This document shows, piece after piece, positions 17,235-26,619 of a DNA stretch of 64,000 nucleotides. A program made the position numbers and the translations under genes. The stretch lies in the sequence record NC_055708.1. The stretch is one strand, 5' to 3'. Origin of the DNA: Enterobacteria phage ATK47. The notes under the pieces were generated by a model. It saw only the letters and a list, made by a program, of their open reading frames with translations. It was not told the DNA's origin and did no database searches. Positions within the stretch are counted from its first letter, which is position 1. The number at the start of each line of letters is the position of its first letter.

Positions 17235-18185
17235 ATGACACGTTCACATTACATTGAATACTTTGCCGGGCTTATCGCTAACGTTCATGCTCAGCGCGCT
17301 ACTGGTGCACTAGGATTTGATGTTCCACACCGAGATGTAGTAAGTGGTATTCTTCGCGATTTTGGTACATACACAGGCCAAGAAAATCATATCTGTAAAG
17401 ATACTCAAAATGCATATTCTCATTCATTAGGGACGCTGCTTCAATGGTTCAAACGTTCTCGTTTATTATCTTCTACTGTAGCTCGCGATAACATTAAAAA
17501 CTTTATGAAGCCGAGCTTTATTAAATCTGTGACATCTAAAACCGATTTGGTTGAATTCACTATTGTTAATGATGTTAAAAAGACTCATTTGGCTGATTGG
17601 TTATCTACCATTCCTGAAACTAAATTTGCTGATAAATTTGCTTGTGAATTCAATAACCAAGTGAATATGCTTTTTAAACATTCTCGTAAATTATTCACGG
17701 GCGGTGATGGTCGTACAAATAAAGTTCATGTTAAAGATTGGGTTACTGCAGTATTCAAACCGACCGGTAATGGTAACGCATCATTATCAATTGATATCCA
17801 GGTTCCTTATTACTACTCACGTAATCTCGGTACCATGAAAGCCGAAGAAATTAATAAGCACAACAAAACCGTTCGTTCATTGTCTTATAAACTTATTACA
17901 TTGTTAGAGACTATGGATGTTGTTGAAACGTTCGACGAATCCGAAGATAACGGTTCAATGTTATACAGTTCTCGTACCAGAATTAAGCTGAAGAACCCTA
18001 ACGAGTATAAACTTAAGACTATTAAAGAACCTAAAGTAGAAAAAGTTGACAACTTGAGCGAAGAACGTGAATACCTCAAATCTCGTCTGAAAGAAGTCGA
18101 AGCCCAGATTAAAGAACAAACTAAATCGTTAAAAGCTCTTAATGCGAAAGCGGATGGTTTACGAAATGCCATTGAGGTTTTATAA
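17235..18185 (+). CDS. Hypothetical protein with C-terminal coiled coil
   Basis: ORF. Confidence 0.5.
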   Translation: MTRSHYIEYFAGLIANVHAQRATGALGFDVPHRDVVSGILRDFGTYTGQENHICKDTQNAYSHSLGTLLQWFKRSRLLSSTVARDNIKNFMKPSFIKSVTSKTDLVEFTIVNDVKKTHLADWLSTIPETKFADKFACEFNNQVNMLFKHSRKLFTGGDGRTNKVHVKDWVTAVFKPTGNGNASLSIDIQVPYYYSRNLGTMKAEEINKHNKTVRSLSYKLITLLETMDVVETFDESEDNGSMLYSSRTRIKLKNPNEYKLKTIKEPKVEKVDNLSEEREYLKSRLKEVEAQIKEQTKSLKALNAKADGLRNAIEVL

Positions 18186-18490
18186 TGAAACTACGTCTTT
18201 TAGAGGATATTGATATGAACACTAATCACAGCTTGGTTAAGTTTATTGACGATAGTTCAAAGATTGAATTTGTTCAGCGAGATAAAATCCACGGTGAAGA
18301 AGAGTTCGTTCCTCCAGCATGGAACGAAATCATGAAAATGGTTGAACGACGTGAAAATGCTGCCAAATCGGCAGCAAAACACCCATGTCCGGAATGTGGA
18401 ACTATCCAAGTCCAACTGGTTAACTGGACCACTGATAACTTGAAATTGAAATGCCGTAAATGCTTCCACAATTTTGAGAGAACATTATAA
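18185..18490 (+). CDS. Zinc-ribbon protein
   Basis: CPECG...CRKC pairs. Confidence 0.45.
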   Translation: MKLRLLEDIDMNTNHSLVKFIDDSSKIEFVQRDKIHGEEEFVPPAWNEIMKMVERRENAAKSAAKHPCPECGTIQVQLVNWTTDNLKLKCRKCFHNFERTL

Positions 18491-18903
18491 TGAGATATAG
18501 CCTTCGTTGTTTTATCGCAGCTTTAGTTTTTGCTATTATTCCATTCATTTGGAACAGCCAGAATACTTACATGGAAACTAAAGTAATTCCTGTGGAGGTA
18601 GTGGAATTAATCTCAGGACAATCTACAGGAAAATATTCTAAATTGGAATTTATTGCAGTCTATAAAGATGAGCAAGGACGAGTTTTTGACAGGCGTGTAT
18701 CGCCATCGTTTTATACGCTTCTGAATAAAGGTGATACGATAGCTATAGAAATTCGTGAGATGGATATCAAACAAACTACTAAAGATAACTTGATTTGGTT
18801 CTTTGGTACAGTGTTGTTGGTTTCTATCTGTATCACAGGTTTTATTACATGTATTGTATTTGGCGTTGCATATTTAATCGATGAAAGGAAAAATAATGTT
18901 TAA
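18490..18903 (+). CDS. Hypothetical membrane protein
   Basis: Hydrophobic N- and C-terminal helices. Confidence 0.4.
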   Translation: MRYSLRCFIAALVFAIIPFIWNSQNTYMETKVIPVEVVELISGQSTGKYSKLEFIAVYKDEQGRVFDRRVSPSFYTLLNKGDTIAIEIREMDIKQTTKDNLIWFFGTVLLVSICITGFITCIVFGVAYLIDERKNNV

Positions 18904-19159
18904 AGTGTACGGGTACGACTCTACTATTCATAAATGCATTTATTGCGATAATGCGAAACGATTGCTGACTGTTAAGAAACAGCCATTCGAATTCATTAAT
19001 GTTATGCCGGAAAAAGGTGTTTTTGATGATGAGAAAATTGCTGAGCTTCTGGCTAAGCTTGGACGTGAAACACATGTTGGATTGACGATGCCTCAGGTGT
19101 TTGCTCCTGACGGAAGTCACATTGGTGGATTTGACCAACTACGAGAATATTTTAAATGA
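18896..19159 (+). CDS. nrdC: Glutaredoxin/thioredoxin NrdC
   Basis: MFKVYGYDS..HKC.YCDNAKRLL matches T4 NrdC as recalled. Confidence 0.95.
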   Translation: MFKVYGYDSTIHKCIYCDNAKRLLTVKKQPFEFINVMPEKGVFDDEKIAELLAKLGRETHVGLTMPQVFAPDGSHIGGFDQLREYFK

Positions 19160-19452
19160 GTATTGATTTAACTTTCCCTGGCCCTTATGACCAGGGTGAA
19201 TTAGAAGCTTTATTATATCAAGAAATGTGCTCTCGTGCCAAGAACGATATTCAGTATGCTATCGATAATCCATGGGGCGAATTTCGAGTAATGATGGGTA
19301 ATCGAATCATCGGTGTCCAATGGCGATTCGTTGGCCTTGAGCCTGAGGACTATGAAGAAAACGAGCACGGTGACTGGATTCCCGTTGGTGAATATCACTG
19401 GGAATACGGTGGTCCTGATTTTGAAGTCTCTTGTTCATGGGTAGAACAATAA
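19156..19452 (+). CDS. Hypothetical protein
   Basis: ORF. Confidence 0.4.
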   Translation: MSIDLTFPGPYDQGELEALLYQEMCSRAKNDIQYAIDNPWGEFRVMMGNRIIGVQWRFVGLEPEDYEENEHGDWIPVGEYHWEYGGPDFEVSCSWVEQ

Positions 19453-19470
19453 CCTGCGAGAAAATTTTAA

Positions 19471-19827
19471 ATGACATATTCATTAAATCTTAAAGATTTC
19501 CAGGATGTATACGAAGTTTGTGCCAATGAACTTGGTCCTGATGCTCCAACTATTATTGAAGTTTTAAATGTGCTACCTTCAACATTAGCTTACGAAGCCA
19601 AATCATGGGGATGGAACGACACTGTCGTTCGTGATGACCTTTACATCCTGATGAACGATATGATTGTTAAAAAGGCAGAACCGGTTGCACCAATGGTTAC
19701 CATTACCGTTGAAGAATATAATCGCCTGCAAGCCATTGAAGAGCTTCTGTGGAACATTGAATGTGACCTGCCGTCAGGGCTAGAATCCTGGATTGATTAT
19801 GAAGAGCTCAATAAACTCCGGGGTTAA
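19471..19827 (+). CDS. Hypothetical protein
   Basis: ORF. Confidence 0.45.
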   Translation: MTYSLNLKDFQDVYEVCANELGPDAPTIIEVLNVLPSTLAYEAKSWGWNDTVVRDDLYILMNDMIVKKAEPVAPMVTITVEEYNRLQAIEELLWNIECDLPSGLESWIDYEELNKLRG

Positions 19828-19955
19828 ACCGTGGTATTCTGCTCGATGGGAGACTGTCGAGCCAGACGTTGAAACGGTTTACAACGACGAAGAACCATGT
19901 TATGATGAACCTTCAATAAATGAATTAATTGATATGGAAATGGGAAGAGATTATT

Positions 19956-20126
19956 ATGCAAGTTAAATTATTGTACCGTTTATTAAAAAACGGCAAACAT
20001 GATTGGTATTTGCTTATTAAAACCGATCCGAATTTTTTCTCTGGACAACCATTTACAGTTCGTCCTACTAAACGTCAGCTTCGCAAAGCTAAACGTTCTC
20101 ATCGTAACTTTTATAGAGAATATTGA
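19956..20126 (+). CDS. Small basic protein, paralog A
   Basis: C-terminal RPTKRQLRKAKRSHRNFYREY; paralogous to 20551-20730. Confidence 0.35.
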   Translation: MQVKLLYRLLKNGKHDWYLLIKTDPNFFSGQPFTVRPTKRQLRKAKRSHRNFYREY

Positions 20127-20127
20127 T

Positions 20128-20541
20128 ATGAATATTTCTGAAACTCGCGGTAAATGGTTCAAGATTGTTAAAGAAGATGAAGAACTACAAGTCAAGTTTC
20201 CTGAATTAAAGAAAGGAACAATCATCAAGGTAATTGGTACTACTACCGAAGATGGTTATGGCGACCATGGCATTATCGAAGTGATGTTGAACACAGGTGA
20301 GAAACTTTGCATCTATGACCGTGATACTTCTCTTTGGTGCTTCTGGGAATCCCATTCAATAGATGAACTCGAAGAAATTGACCAAGTAGTTTGTGATGGT
20401 GGACTTGGCGAATTCGAAGGTGAACGTATTTCTTATGCTTTAGCTAAATTAGCTGGTCAAGAAAATAATGACGGTTATGAAGGTAATCTGATGCAAGCCG
20501 CAGCGGAATACATTGAATACTTAGAAAGACGTTTAAGTTAA
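20128..20541 (+). CDS. Hypothetical acidic protein, 137 aa
   Basis: ORF. Confidence 0.45.
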   Translation: MNISETRGKWFKIVKEDEELQVKFPELKKGTIIKVIGTTTEDGYGDHGIIEVMLNTGEKLCIYDRDTSLWCFWESHSIDELEEIDQVVCDGGLGEFEGERISYALAKLAGQENNDGYEGNLMQAAAEYIEYLERRLS

Positions 20542-20550
20542 AGGTTTATT

Positions 20551-20730
20551 ATGAAAACTGAACTATTTTATGGTGAAAGAAAAAATGGGCAAAAATCCTG
20601 GAAATTTATTATGATTGGGGCCCCAAACAATCCAAATATGAGGACTTCAATTATTTCAGAAACTCGTCCTACTAAAAGAATGATTCGTCAGTATAAGCGT
20701 TTCCATCGAGACTTTTATAACGTTTACTAA
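20551..20730 (+). CDS. Small basic protein, paralog B
   Basis: C-terminal RPTKRMIRQYKRFHRDFYNVY; 59 aa, not in ORF track. Confidence 0.35.
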   Translation: MKTELFYGERKNGQKSWKFIMIGAPNNPNMRTSIISETRPTKRMIRQYKRFHRDFYNVY

Positions 20731-20732
20731 AT

Positions 20733-20764
20733 TATAAATACCCTTATCTATTTAAGGTAAGGGT
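20733..20764 (+). promoter_or_regulatory. Late-promoter consensus TATAAATA followed by hairpin accctta/taagggt upstream of gene 49
   Basis: Exact TATAAATA at 20733-20740. Confidence 0.5.
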
Positions 20765-20769
20765 TTATC

Positions 20770-21243
20770 ATGTTATTATCAGGCGCAAAATATAAAGAAG
20801 AAAAACAAAAATTTTATGATGCACAGAACGGTAAGTGTCCTATTTGCCACCGTGAATTAGACCCTGATGTTCAAGGTAACCATCTTGACCATGACCACGA
20901 ATTAAAAGGGCCAAAAGCCGGTAGAGTTCGTGGTTTACTATGTAACCTGTGCAATGCAGCAGAAGGTCAAATGAAGCATAAGTTCAACCGTTCCGGTTTG
21001 AAAGGTCAAAACGTTGACTACTTAGAATGGCTTGAAGCTCTTCTTGCTTATTTGAAACAAGATTATTCTGATAATAATATCCATCCTAATTTTGTTCCGG
21101 ATAAAACTAAAGAGTTCTCAAGACTAGGTAAAGAGGAAATGATGACCGAGATGCTTCAAAGAGGATTTGAATATAATGAATCTGATACTAAAACACAATT
21201 AATAGCTTCATTCAAAAAGCAGCTTAGAAAGAGTTTAAAATGA
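20770..21243 (+). CDS. 49: Endonuclease VII (Holliday junction resolvase)
   Basis: Near-identical to T4 gp49 as recalled (CPICHRELDPDVQGNHLDHDHEL...). Confidence 0.95.
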   Translation: MLLSGAKYKEEKQKFYDAQNGKCPICHRELDPDVQGNHLDHDHELKGPKAGRVRGLLCNLCNAAEGQMKHKFNRSGLKGQNVDYLEWLEALLAYLKQDYSDNNIHPNFVPDKTKEFSRLGKEEMMTEMLQRGFEYNESDTKTQLIASFKKQLRKSLK

Positions 21244-23057
21244 AAATTGAAAAAGAAATTGAAGGATTAATTTATAAAACTAATAAAGATCTTTTGAACG
21301 AGAATGCTAATAAAGATTCTCGTGTTTTTCCAACTCAACGGGACCTTATGGCTGGTATTGTGTCTAAGCACATTGCCAAAAATATGGTCCCGTCTTTTAT
21401 TATGAATGCGCATGAAAGCGGAATCATTCATATGCATGATATTGATTATTCTCCTGCTCTTCCATTTACTAATTGCTGTTTAGTCGATTTAAAGGGGATG
21501 CTTGAGAATGGATTTAAATTAGGCAATGCTCAAATTGAAACGCCTAAATCGATTGGTGTTGCTACTGCAATTATGGCACAAATTACTGCACAAGTTGCTT
21601 CCCATCAATACGGCGGAACGACTTTTGCTAATGTAGATAAAGTACTTTCTCCTTATGTTAAACGCACCTATGCAAAACATATTGAGGATGCAGAAAAATG
21701 GCAAATCGCTGATGCGTTGAATTATGCTCAATCCAAAACAGAAAAAGATGTCTATGACGCATTCCAAGCTTATGAATATGAAGTAAATACTCTCTTTAGT
21801 TCAAACGGACAAACGCCTTTTGTAACAATTACATTTGGTACTGGAACTGATTGGACCGAACGAATGATTCAGAAGGCAATTCTTAAAAACCGCATTAAAG
21901 GTCTTGGTCGTGATGGAATAACTCCTATTTTCCCTAAACTTGTTATGTTTGTCGAAGAGGGTGTTAATCTTTATAAAGACGATCCGAACTATGATATTAA
22001 GCAACTCGCTCTAGAGTGTGCAAGCAAAAGAATGTATCCTGACATTATTTCTGTTAAGAATAATAAAGCTATTACCGGTTCTTCAGTTCCAGTTTCTCCA
22101 ATGGGTTGCCGTAGTTTCTTGAGCGTATGGAAAGATTCGACCGGTAATGAAATTCTTGATGGACGTAATAATCTCGGTGTTGTAACACTGAATCTTCCTC
22201 GTATCGCATTAGATTCTTATATTGGAACACAGTTCAATGAACAGAAATTTGTTGAATTATTCAACGAACGAATGGATCTGTGCTTTGAAGCTTTGATGTG
22301 TAGAATTAGTTCCTTAAAAGGAGTTAAAGCGACTGTTGCTCCTATTCTTTACCAAGAAGGTGCATTCGGGGTTCGTCTTAAACCTGACGACGATATAATT
22401 GAGTTATTTAAAAACGGTAGAAGTTCAGTGTCTTTAGGATACATTGGTATTCATGAATTGAATATTCTTGTTGGCCGTGATATTGGACAAGAAATTTTAA
22501 CTAAGATGAATGCTCATCTTAAACAGTGGACTGAAAGAACTGGATTTGCTTTTAGCTTGTATTCTACACCTGCTGAAAACCTTTGTTATCGTTTCTGTAA
22601 ACTCGACACAGAAAAATACGGAAGTGTAAAGGATGTCACTGATAAAGGCTGGTACACTAATAGTTTCCATGTTTCAGTAGAAGAAAATATTACTCCGTTT
22701 GAAAAGATTTCTCGTGAAGCGCCATATCATTTCATTGCGACAGGTGGTCACATTTCTTATGTTGAACTTCCAGATATGAAAAACAATTTAAAGGGACTTG
22801 AGGCTGTCTGGGATTATGCTGCACAACATTTAGATTATTTTGGTGTTAATATGCCAGTAGATAAGTGTTTTACATGCGGAAGCACCCATGAAATGACTCC
22901 TACTGAAAACGGATTTGTTTGTTCAGTTTGCGGAGAAACTGATCCTAAAAAGATGAACACTATAAGAAGGACCTGCGGTTATTTGGGAAATCCGAACGAG
23001 CGCGGATTTAATCTAGGCAAAAATAAAGAAATCATGCATAGGGTTAAACACCAATGA
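21240..23057 (+). CDS. nrdD: Anaerobic ribonucleoside-triphosphate reductase NrdD
   Basis: 605 aa; C-terminal glycyl radical motif RRTCGYLG; uninterrupted (no intron). Confidence 0.95.
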   Translation: MKIEKEIEGLIYKTNKDLLNENANKDSRVFPTQRDLMAGIVSKHIAKNMVPSFIMNAHESGIIHMHDIDYSPALPFTNCCLVDLKGMLENGFKLGNAQIETPKSIGVATAIMAQITAQVASHQYGGTTFANVDKVLSPYVKRTYAKHIEDAEKWQIADALNYAQSKTEKDVYDAFQAYEYEVNTLFSSNGQTPFVTITFGTGTDWTERMIQKAILKNRIKGLGRDGITPIFPKLVMFVEEGVNLYKDDPNYDIKQLALECASKRMYPDIISVKNNKAITGSSVPVSPMGCRSFLSVWKDSTGNEILDGRNNLGVVTLNLPRIALDSYIGTQFNEQKFVELFNERMDLCFEALMCRISSLKGVKATVAPILYQEGAFGVRLKPDDDIIELFKNGRSSVSLGYIGIHELNILVGRDIGQEILTKMNAHLKQWTERTGFAFSLYSTPAENLCYRFCKLDTEKYGSVKDVTDKGWYTNSFHVSVEENITPFEKISREAPYHFIATGGHISYVELPDMKNNLKGLEAVWDYAAQHLDYFGVNMPVDKCFTCGSTHEMTPTENGFVCSVCGETDPKKMNTIRRTCGYLGNPNERGFNLGKNKEIMHRVKHQ

Positions 23058-23524
23058 ATTATGATAGATTTTATCCTTGCGATTTTGTGAATGGCCCTGG
23101 TTGTAGGGTCGTTCTTTTCGTTACAGGGTGTTTGCATAAATGCGAAGGGTGTTATAATAAATCAACATGGAATGCTAGAAATGGTGTTCCATTCACTGGT
23201 GAAACACTAGAACAATTAATTGAATGTTTGAATAATGATTATATAGAAGGATTAACTATAACCGGAGGTGACCCTCTCTATCCTGATAACCGAGATGTTA
23301 TTCATTGCATTGTTCAAACAGTAAAAAATCTTTATCCTAATAAAAGCATTTGGTTGTGGACAGGATATACGTTTGAAGATATTAAACAACTAGAAATGCT
23401 TAAATATGTTGATGTTATTATTGATGGGAAGTATGAGAAAAATCTTCCGACCAAAAAACTGTGGCGAGGATCAGATAATCAGCGACTTTGGTCAAATACC
23501 GATGGGGTGTGGAAACATGATTAA
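23054..23524 (+). CDS. nrdG: Anaerobic RNR activating enzyme NrdG (radical SAM)
   Basis: CxxxCxxC-type cluster (CLHKCEGCYN); follows nrdD. Confidence 0.95.
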   Translation: MNYDRFYPCDFVNGPGCRVVLFVTGCLHKCEGCYNKSTWNARNGVPFTGETLEQLIECLNNDYIEGLTITGGDPLYPDNRDVIHCIVQTVKNLYPNKSIWLWTGYTFEDIKQLEMLKYVDVIIDGKYEKNLPTKKLWRGSDNQRLWSNTDGVWKHD

Positions 23525-23635
23525 ATTGAACTACATTATGGATACTATAAATGATATGATTTTTCATTTTGGTCCAGAATTTTATTCGCAATATGGTTTG
23601 CTTATCAACGCTTGGTTAATTAATTAAGGGTAAAT

Positions 23636-23851
23636 ATGTATAAATTTCGTAAAGGTTTAGCTGATTTTCTTACAACTGTAACATTCTTTCTGTTTATGGC
23701 AGTTGGAGCTATTTTTCTTATTCCTTTTACTGGTGTATTTTTCGTGATTAGTTTAATTTCTCCGGAAAAGGGTTTATCCTCCAGCGAATTCAATGAACGT
23801 TTGGATAAAATTACTAACAAACTGAATTCTGTTCTTGATAAAAAGGCTTAA
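23636..23851 (+). CDS. Small membrane protein
   Basis: Two hydrophobic helices. Confidence 0.4.
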   Translation: MYKFRKGLADFLTTVTFFLFMAVGAIFLIPFTGVFFVISLISPEKGLSSSEFNERLDKITNKLNSVLDKKA

Positions 23852-23853
23852 TT

Positions 23854-24165
23854 ATGATTAGTTTTGAGCGGTACGTGGTAGAGAGTTGGAAGGGTTTTGA
23901 CATGTTCGGTAATGACTATTATTTCTATGAATGTAGTCTGAACCCAAGCTTCTGGGCTGGACGTGAACAAGACCTCGAAGAAATCAACGCTCGTGCCGAT
24001 TTGTTAGGTGAACTGCCTACTACTTATTTCACCTTTGATGAATCCGGCTTCGTTATCCAGGTTTATTTCCCTGAAGAAAATTCTGGTGATGATTCTGTTA
24101 ATCCTCCTTATTGGGCTTACCAAGGAATTATTTCTCGTGGAACAAAACTCGAACTTAAAGAATAA
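23854..24165 (+). CDS. Hypothetical acidic protein
   Basis: ORF. Confidence 0.4.
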   Translation: MISFERYVVESWKGFDMFGNDYYFYECSLNPSFWAGREQDLEEINARADLLGELPTTYFTFDESGFVIQVYFPEENSGDDSVNPPYWAYQGIISRGTKLELKE

Positions 24166-24166
24166 G

Positions 24167-24460
24167 ATTGAAGTCTATGGCATCCCTGAAGAAGTTGGAC
24201 GTTGTCCAGGATGTTATACCGTTACAAAACTTTTAAAGGAGCTCAATGCTCCTTATACATTTTATAAAGTCCTCACTAATAATGGTAAGATTGAATATGA
24301 TCGTCCTTTAATCGTATCTCTTGCTAAACGTGCAGGATTCACTTCACTTAATATTCGTTATCCTGTCATATTTTTAAATGATAAGAAACAAAAGAATATT
24401 GCAGAGTTTAAAAAGTCCTTGATTTCATTAGGATACGACTCTGATATCATAGAAGATTGA
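24167..24460 (+). CDS. Glutaredoxin-like redoxin (NrdH-like), start codon unclear
   Basis: CPGC active-site motif in thioredoxin-fold context; no in-frame ATG/GTG/TTG near the N-terminus. Confidence 0.45.
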   Translation: MEVYGIPEEVGRCPGCYTVTKLLKELNAPYTFYKVLTNNGKIEYDRPLIVSLAKRAGFTSLNIRYPVIFLNDKKQKNIAEFKKSLISLGYDSDIIED

Positions 24461-24484
24461 CCAGGTGCCGCCTGGTCTTCTTTA
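24460..24484 (+). terminator. Rho-independent terminator
   Basis: ccagg-tgccg-cctgg + U-rich tail. Confidence 0.55.
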
Positions 24485-24568
24485 TCCTATTTCTAATATA
24501 ATCCATTAGAATCTTCACTTCACTATCTCCTTGTGCCCCTCTCAAATCAAAAATATTTTCATAAAACA

Positions 24569-24617
24569 GTTTACATCCTCAATAGATGTGTTAAGATTAA
24601 ACCATCTGCTATAGAGG
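24569..24617 (+). promoter_or_regulatory. Early promoter (GTTTAC) with partial inverted repeat over the SD
   Basis: Read directly; -10 weak. Confidence 0.4.
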
Positions 24618-24626
24618 AAAACAAAA

Positions 24627-24808
24627 TGAAAATTGAAGATAAAGAAATTAAGGTTGACCAGTATTATTCTGTCAATGGTAATGCAGTACGGATAACCAGA
24701 ATTTCAAGCCTGGATGTTTGGTATCGTTCAATCAAATATCCAGAAATTGGTGAAATGCTTTGTGACCGTAGTATCTTCTGTTCAATTGCGAAGGAAATTA
24801 AGCCATGA
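24627..24808 (+). CDS. Hypothetical small protein
   Basis: ATG after SD. Confidence 0.3.
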
Positions 24809-25053
24809 TTAGTTTGGATTCAAAGAAGGTTGTTCTAACCCTTAAAGTTAATGATGAGCGACCGGTATTCGTTACCATTTCAGATTTGCATGTTGAAATT
24901 GCTAATGGCGTTCGTACTTATCAAACGTCTAAAACTCAATGGGACTATATCCCAATGTTGACGCTTACTCAGCGTTTAGAATCAATCGGTCTTAAAGACC
25001 TTTCAGTAAGTGAAGTGAATTTTATCAAACGCATTGTATCAATCAACCTCTGA
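24805..25053 (+). CDS. Hypothetical protein
   Basis: ATGA overlap. Confidence 0.4.
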   Translation: MISLDSKKVVLTLKVNDERPVFVTISDLHVEIANGVRTYQTSKTQWDYIPMLTLTQRLESIGLKDLSVSEVNFIKRIVSINL

Positions 25054-25060
25054 GGTACTT

Positions 25061-25354
25061 ATGGGTAAAACATATCGTCGTAAAGATTTGAAAGTTCGCG
25101 ATTACGACTATTTTGGTAAGCGTAAAGCTCCTGACGGTGTTAGCCACAAAGACATGGTTGAAAACATCTTCCGCTCAGATAAATGGAAACGTATGAAAGG
25201 TGTTGATTCTGAAGTCAAGAATGAAATGAATCGACAACTCCGCAAAGAGGTTCGTAAGTTGAAAAAAGATGTTTACAGTAAAGAAGAGTATGATTATAAT
25301 ACTTCTCATACTGAAGCCAAACGTAAAGCTAACGAATGTTATCGTTACAGTTGA
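25061..25354 (+). CDS. Hypothetical highly basic protein
   Basis: ORF. Confidence 0.4.
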   Translation: MGKTYRRKDLKVRDYDYFGKRKAPDGVSHKDMVENIFRSDKWKRMKGVDSEVKNEMNRQLRKEVRKLKKDVYSKEEYDYNTSHTEAKRKANECYRYS

Positions 25355-25492
25355 GGAAATTATGAATATTAAACGAATGCTTTTTAAGCAAGGATTATAT
25401 ACTTTAAATGTTAATCCAAAGGGTGATACAACTAAATGGTCTGTAAATGACTGGATTAAGTTCATCGATGAAAATGGGGCGTGGAATACAAA

Positions 25493-25693
25493 ATGAATCC
25501 TGAATCTATGTTATCGCAAAAGCTTCGTGAAGAACGTGCCGAATTCTTTGCCAATATGAAACTCAACGGCGTTGAGGATGAAGACTTCTTACGCTGGTTC
25601 TGGATTTACAAATACAAAGAATGCCAGCACGCTGTACTATTGACTTGTGCAGCTATGTACGAAGGCTGGAAAGGCGCTAAAAAGTTCGGTTAA
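25493..25693 (+). CDS. Hypothetical protein
   Basis: ATGA overlap with a 44-aa ORF (25362-25496). Confidence 0.35.
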   Translation: MNPESMLSQKLREERAEFFANMKLNGVEDEDFLRWFWIYKYKECQHAVLLTCAAMYEGWKGAKKFG

Positions 25694-25695
25694 CA

Positions 25696-25740
25696 ATGTA
25701 CAACGATAGGAAGACATGTTATTATCTTCCTATCGTCTTA
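25696..25740 (+). promoter_or_regulatory. Early promoter-stem-loop (aTGTAC, TATTAT; inverted repeat gataggaaga/tcttcctatc)
   Basis: 10-bp perfect inverted repeat. Confidence 0.55.
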
Positions 25741-25756
25741 AAATGAGGAAAATATC

Positions 25757-25996
25757 ATGGCCCAAGAATTAGATTTTATCAAATTCAAAAAACACCTCGA
25801 CGTTAAAATTGGGGATTCAATTGTTAGGATTGAGTATGACATTTTAACAGATGCTATTACTGTTAGTTGTGATGGAAATAGTTTCAGCTTCGATACAACC
25901 GAAAACAAATACCCAATCTATAAAGGTATCTTTGATATGGGTGTTGATATTACTCCACGTGATACAAATTACTTACTTTTCATGCTTAAAAAATAA
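25757..25996 (+). CDS. Hypothetical protein
   Basis: ORF. Confidence 0.4.
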   Translation: MAQELDFIKFKKHLDVKIGDSIVRIEYDILTDAITVSCDGNSFSFDTTENKYPIYKGIFDMGVDITPRDTNYLLFMLKK

Positions 25997-26062
25997 TATA
26001 CAAACTCTTGAGAGATGAGTATAATTCTCTCATCGGATAATAAAATAACCGAGGAAAATAAT

Positions 26063-26395
26063 ATGTCTACTAAAATCAAAAACGTAGTTAATTCTTTCGC
26101 TTTCGATAAAGTTGTTGCTCTTCTGGAATCCGGCAATATTGTTACTCCTCAAGTTCTTGACGCATGGGAATTCCGTCTTTATGAAATCATGCAAAAACAC
26201 GACCAGAAAATTGGACGTAATTCTATTCGTGAAATTCTAGTGCAATATATTCTTTCTGAATTTGACGTTGCTGCATTTGGTGTTGAATCTAAAGCTTATC
26301 AGAAACATGAAATCTCTGAAAAGACTATCCGTCGTATGAAAAATCAACGTAAGAAAAAATTCGTTGACCTGAAAATTGTTAAGGCGGTAAAATGA
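26063..26395 (+). CDS. Hypothetical protein
   Basis: ORF; start at internal ATG with SD. Confidence 0.4.
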   Translation: MSTKIKNVVNSFAFDKVVALLESGNIVTPQVLDAWEFRLYEIMQKHDQKIGRNSIREILVQYILSEFDVAAFGVESKAYQKHEISEKTIRRMKNQRKKKFVDLKIVKAVK

Positions 26396-26619
26396 GCGTA
26401 TTAACAGAAACTTTGATTAATGACCTGCGTCTAGCTGGTTACGAAGTTGGTACAAATAGTCTAGGTCTTCCTCAGATTGAAGGGCCTGGATTTATCCTAG
26501 AATATGAATTCAAACAATGGTGGTTATATGCTACGGTTGACGATGCGTTGAATATTGATTTCGTTGACCAATTTGATTCGTTGGATGCTGCTCTTGAAGC
26601 AGCAAAGGAACTAGAATGA
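26392..26619 (+). CDS. Hypothetical acidic protein
   Basis: ORF. Confidence 0.4.
   Translation: MSVLTETLINDLRLAGYEVGTNSLGLPQIEGPGFILEYEFKQWWLYATVDDALNIDFVDQFDSLDAALEAAKELE

Noticed and set aside
21240-23057. Group I intron or homing endonuclease in nrdD (as in T4)
   Set aside because: nrdD is a single uninterrupted 605-aa ORF ending in the glycyl-radical motif; no insertion or intron-encoded ORF is visible.
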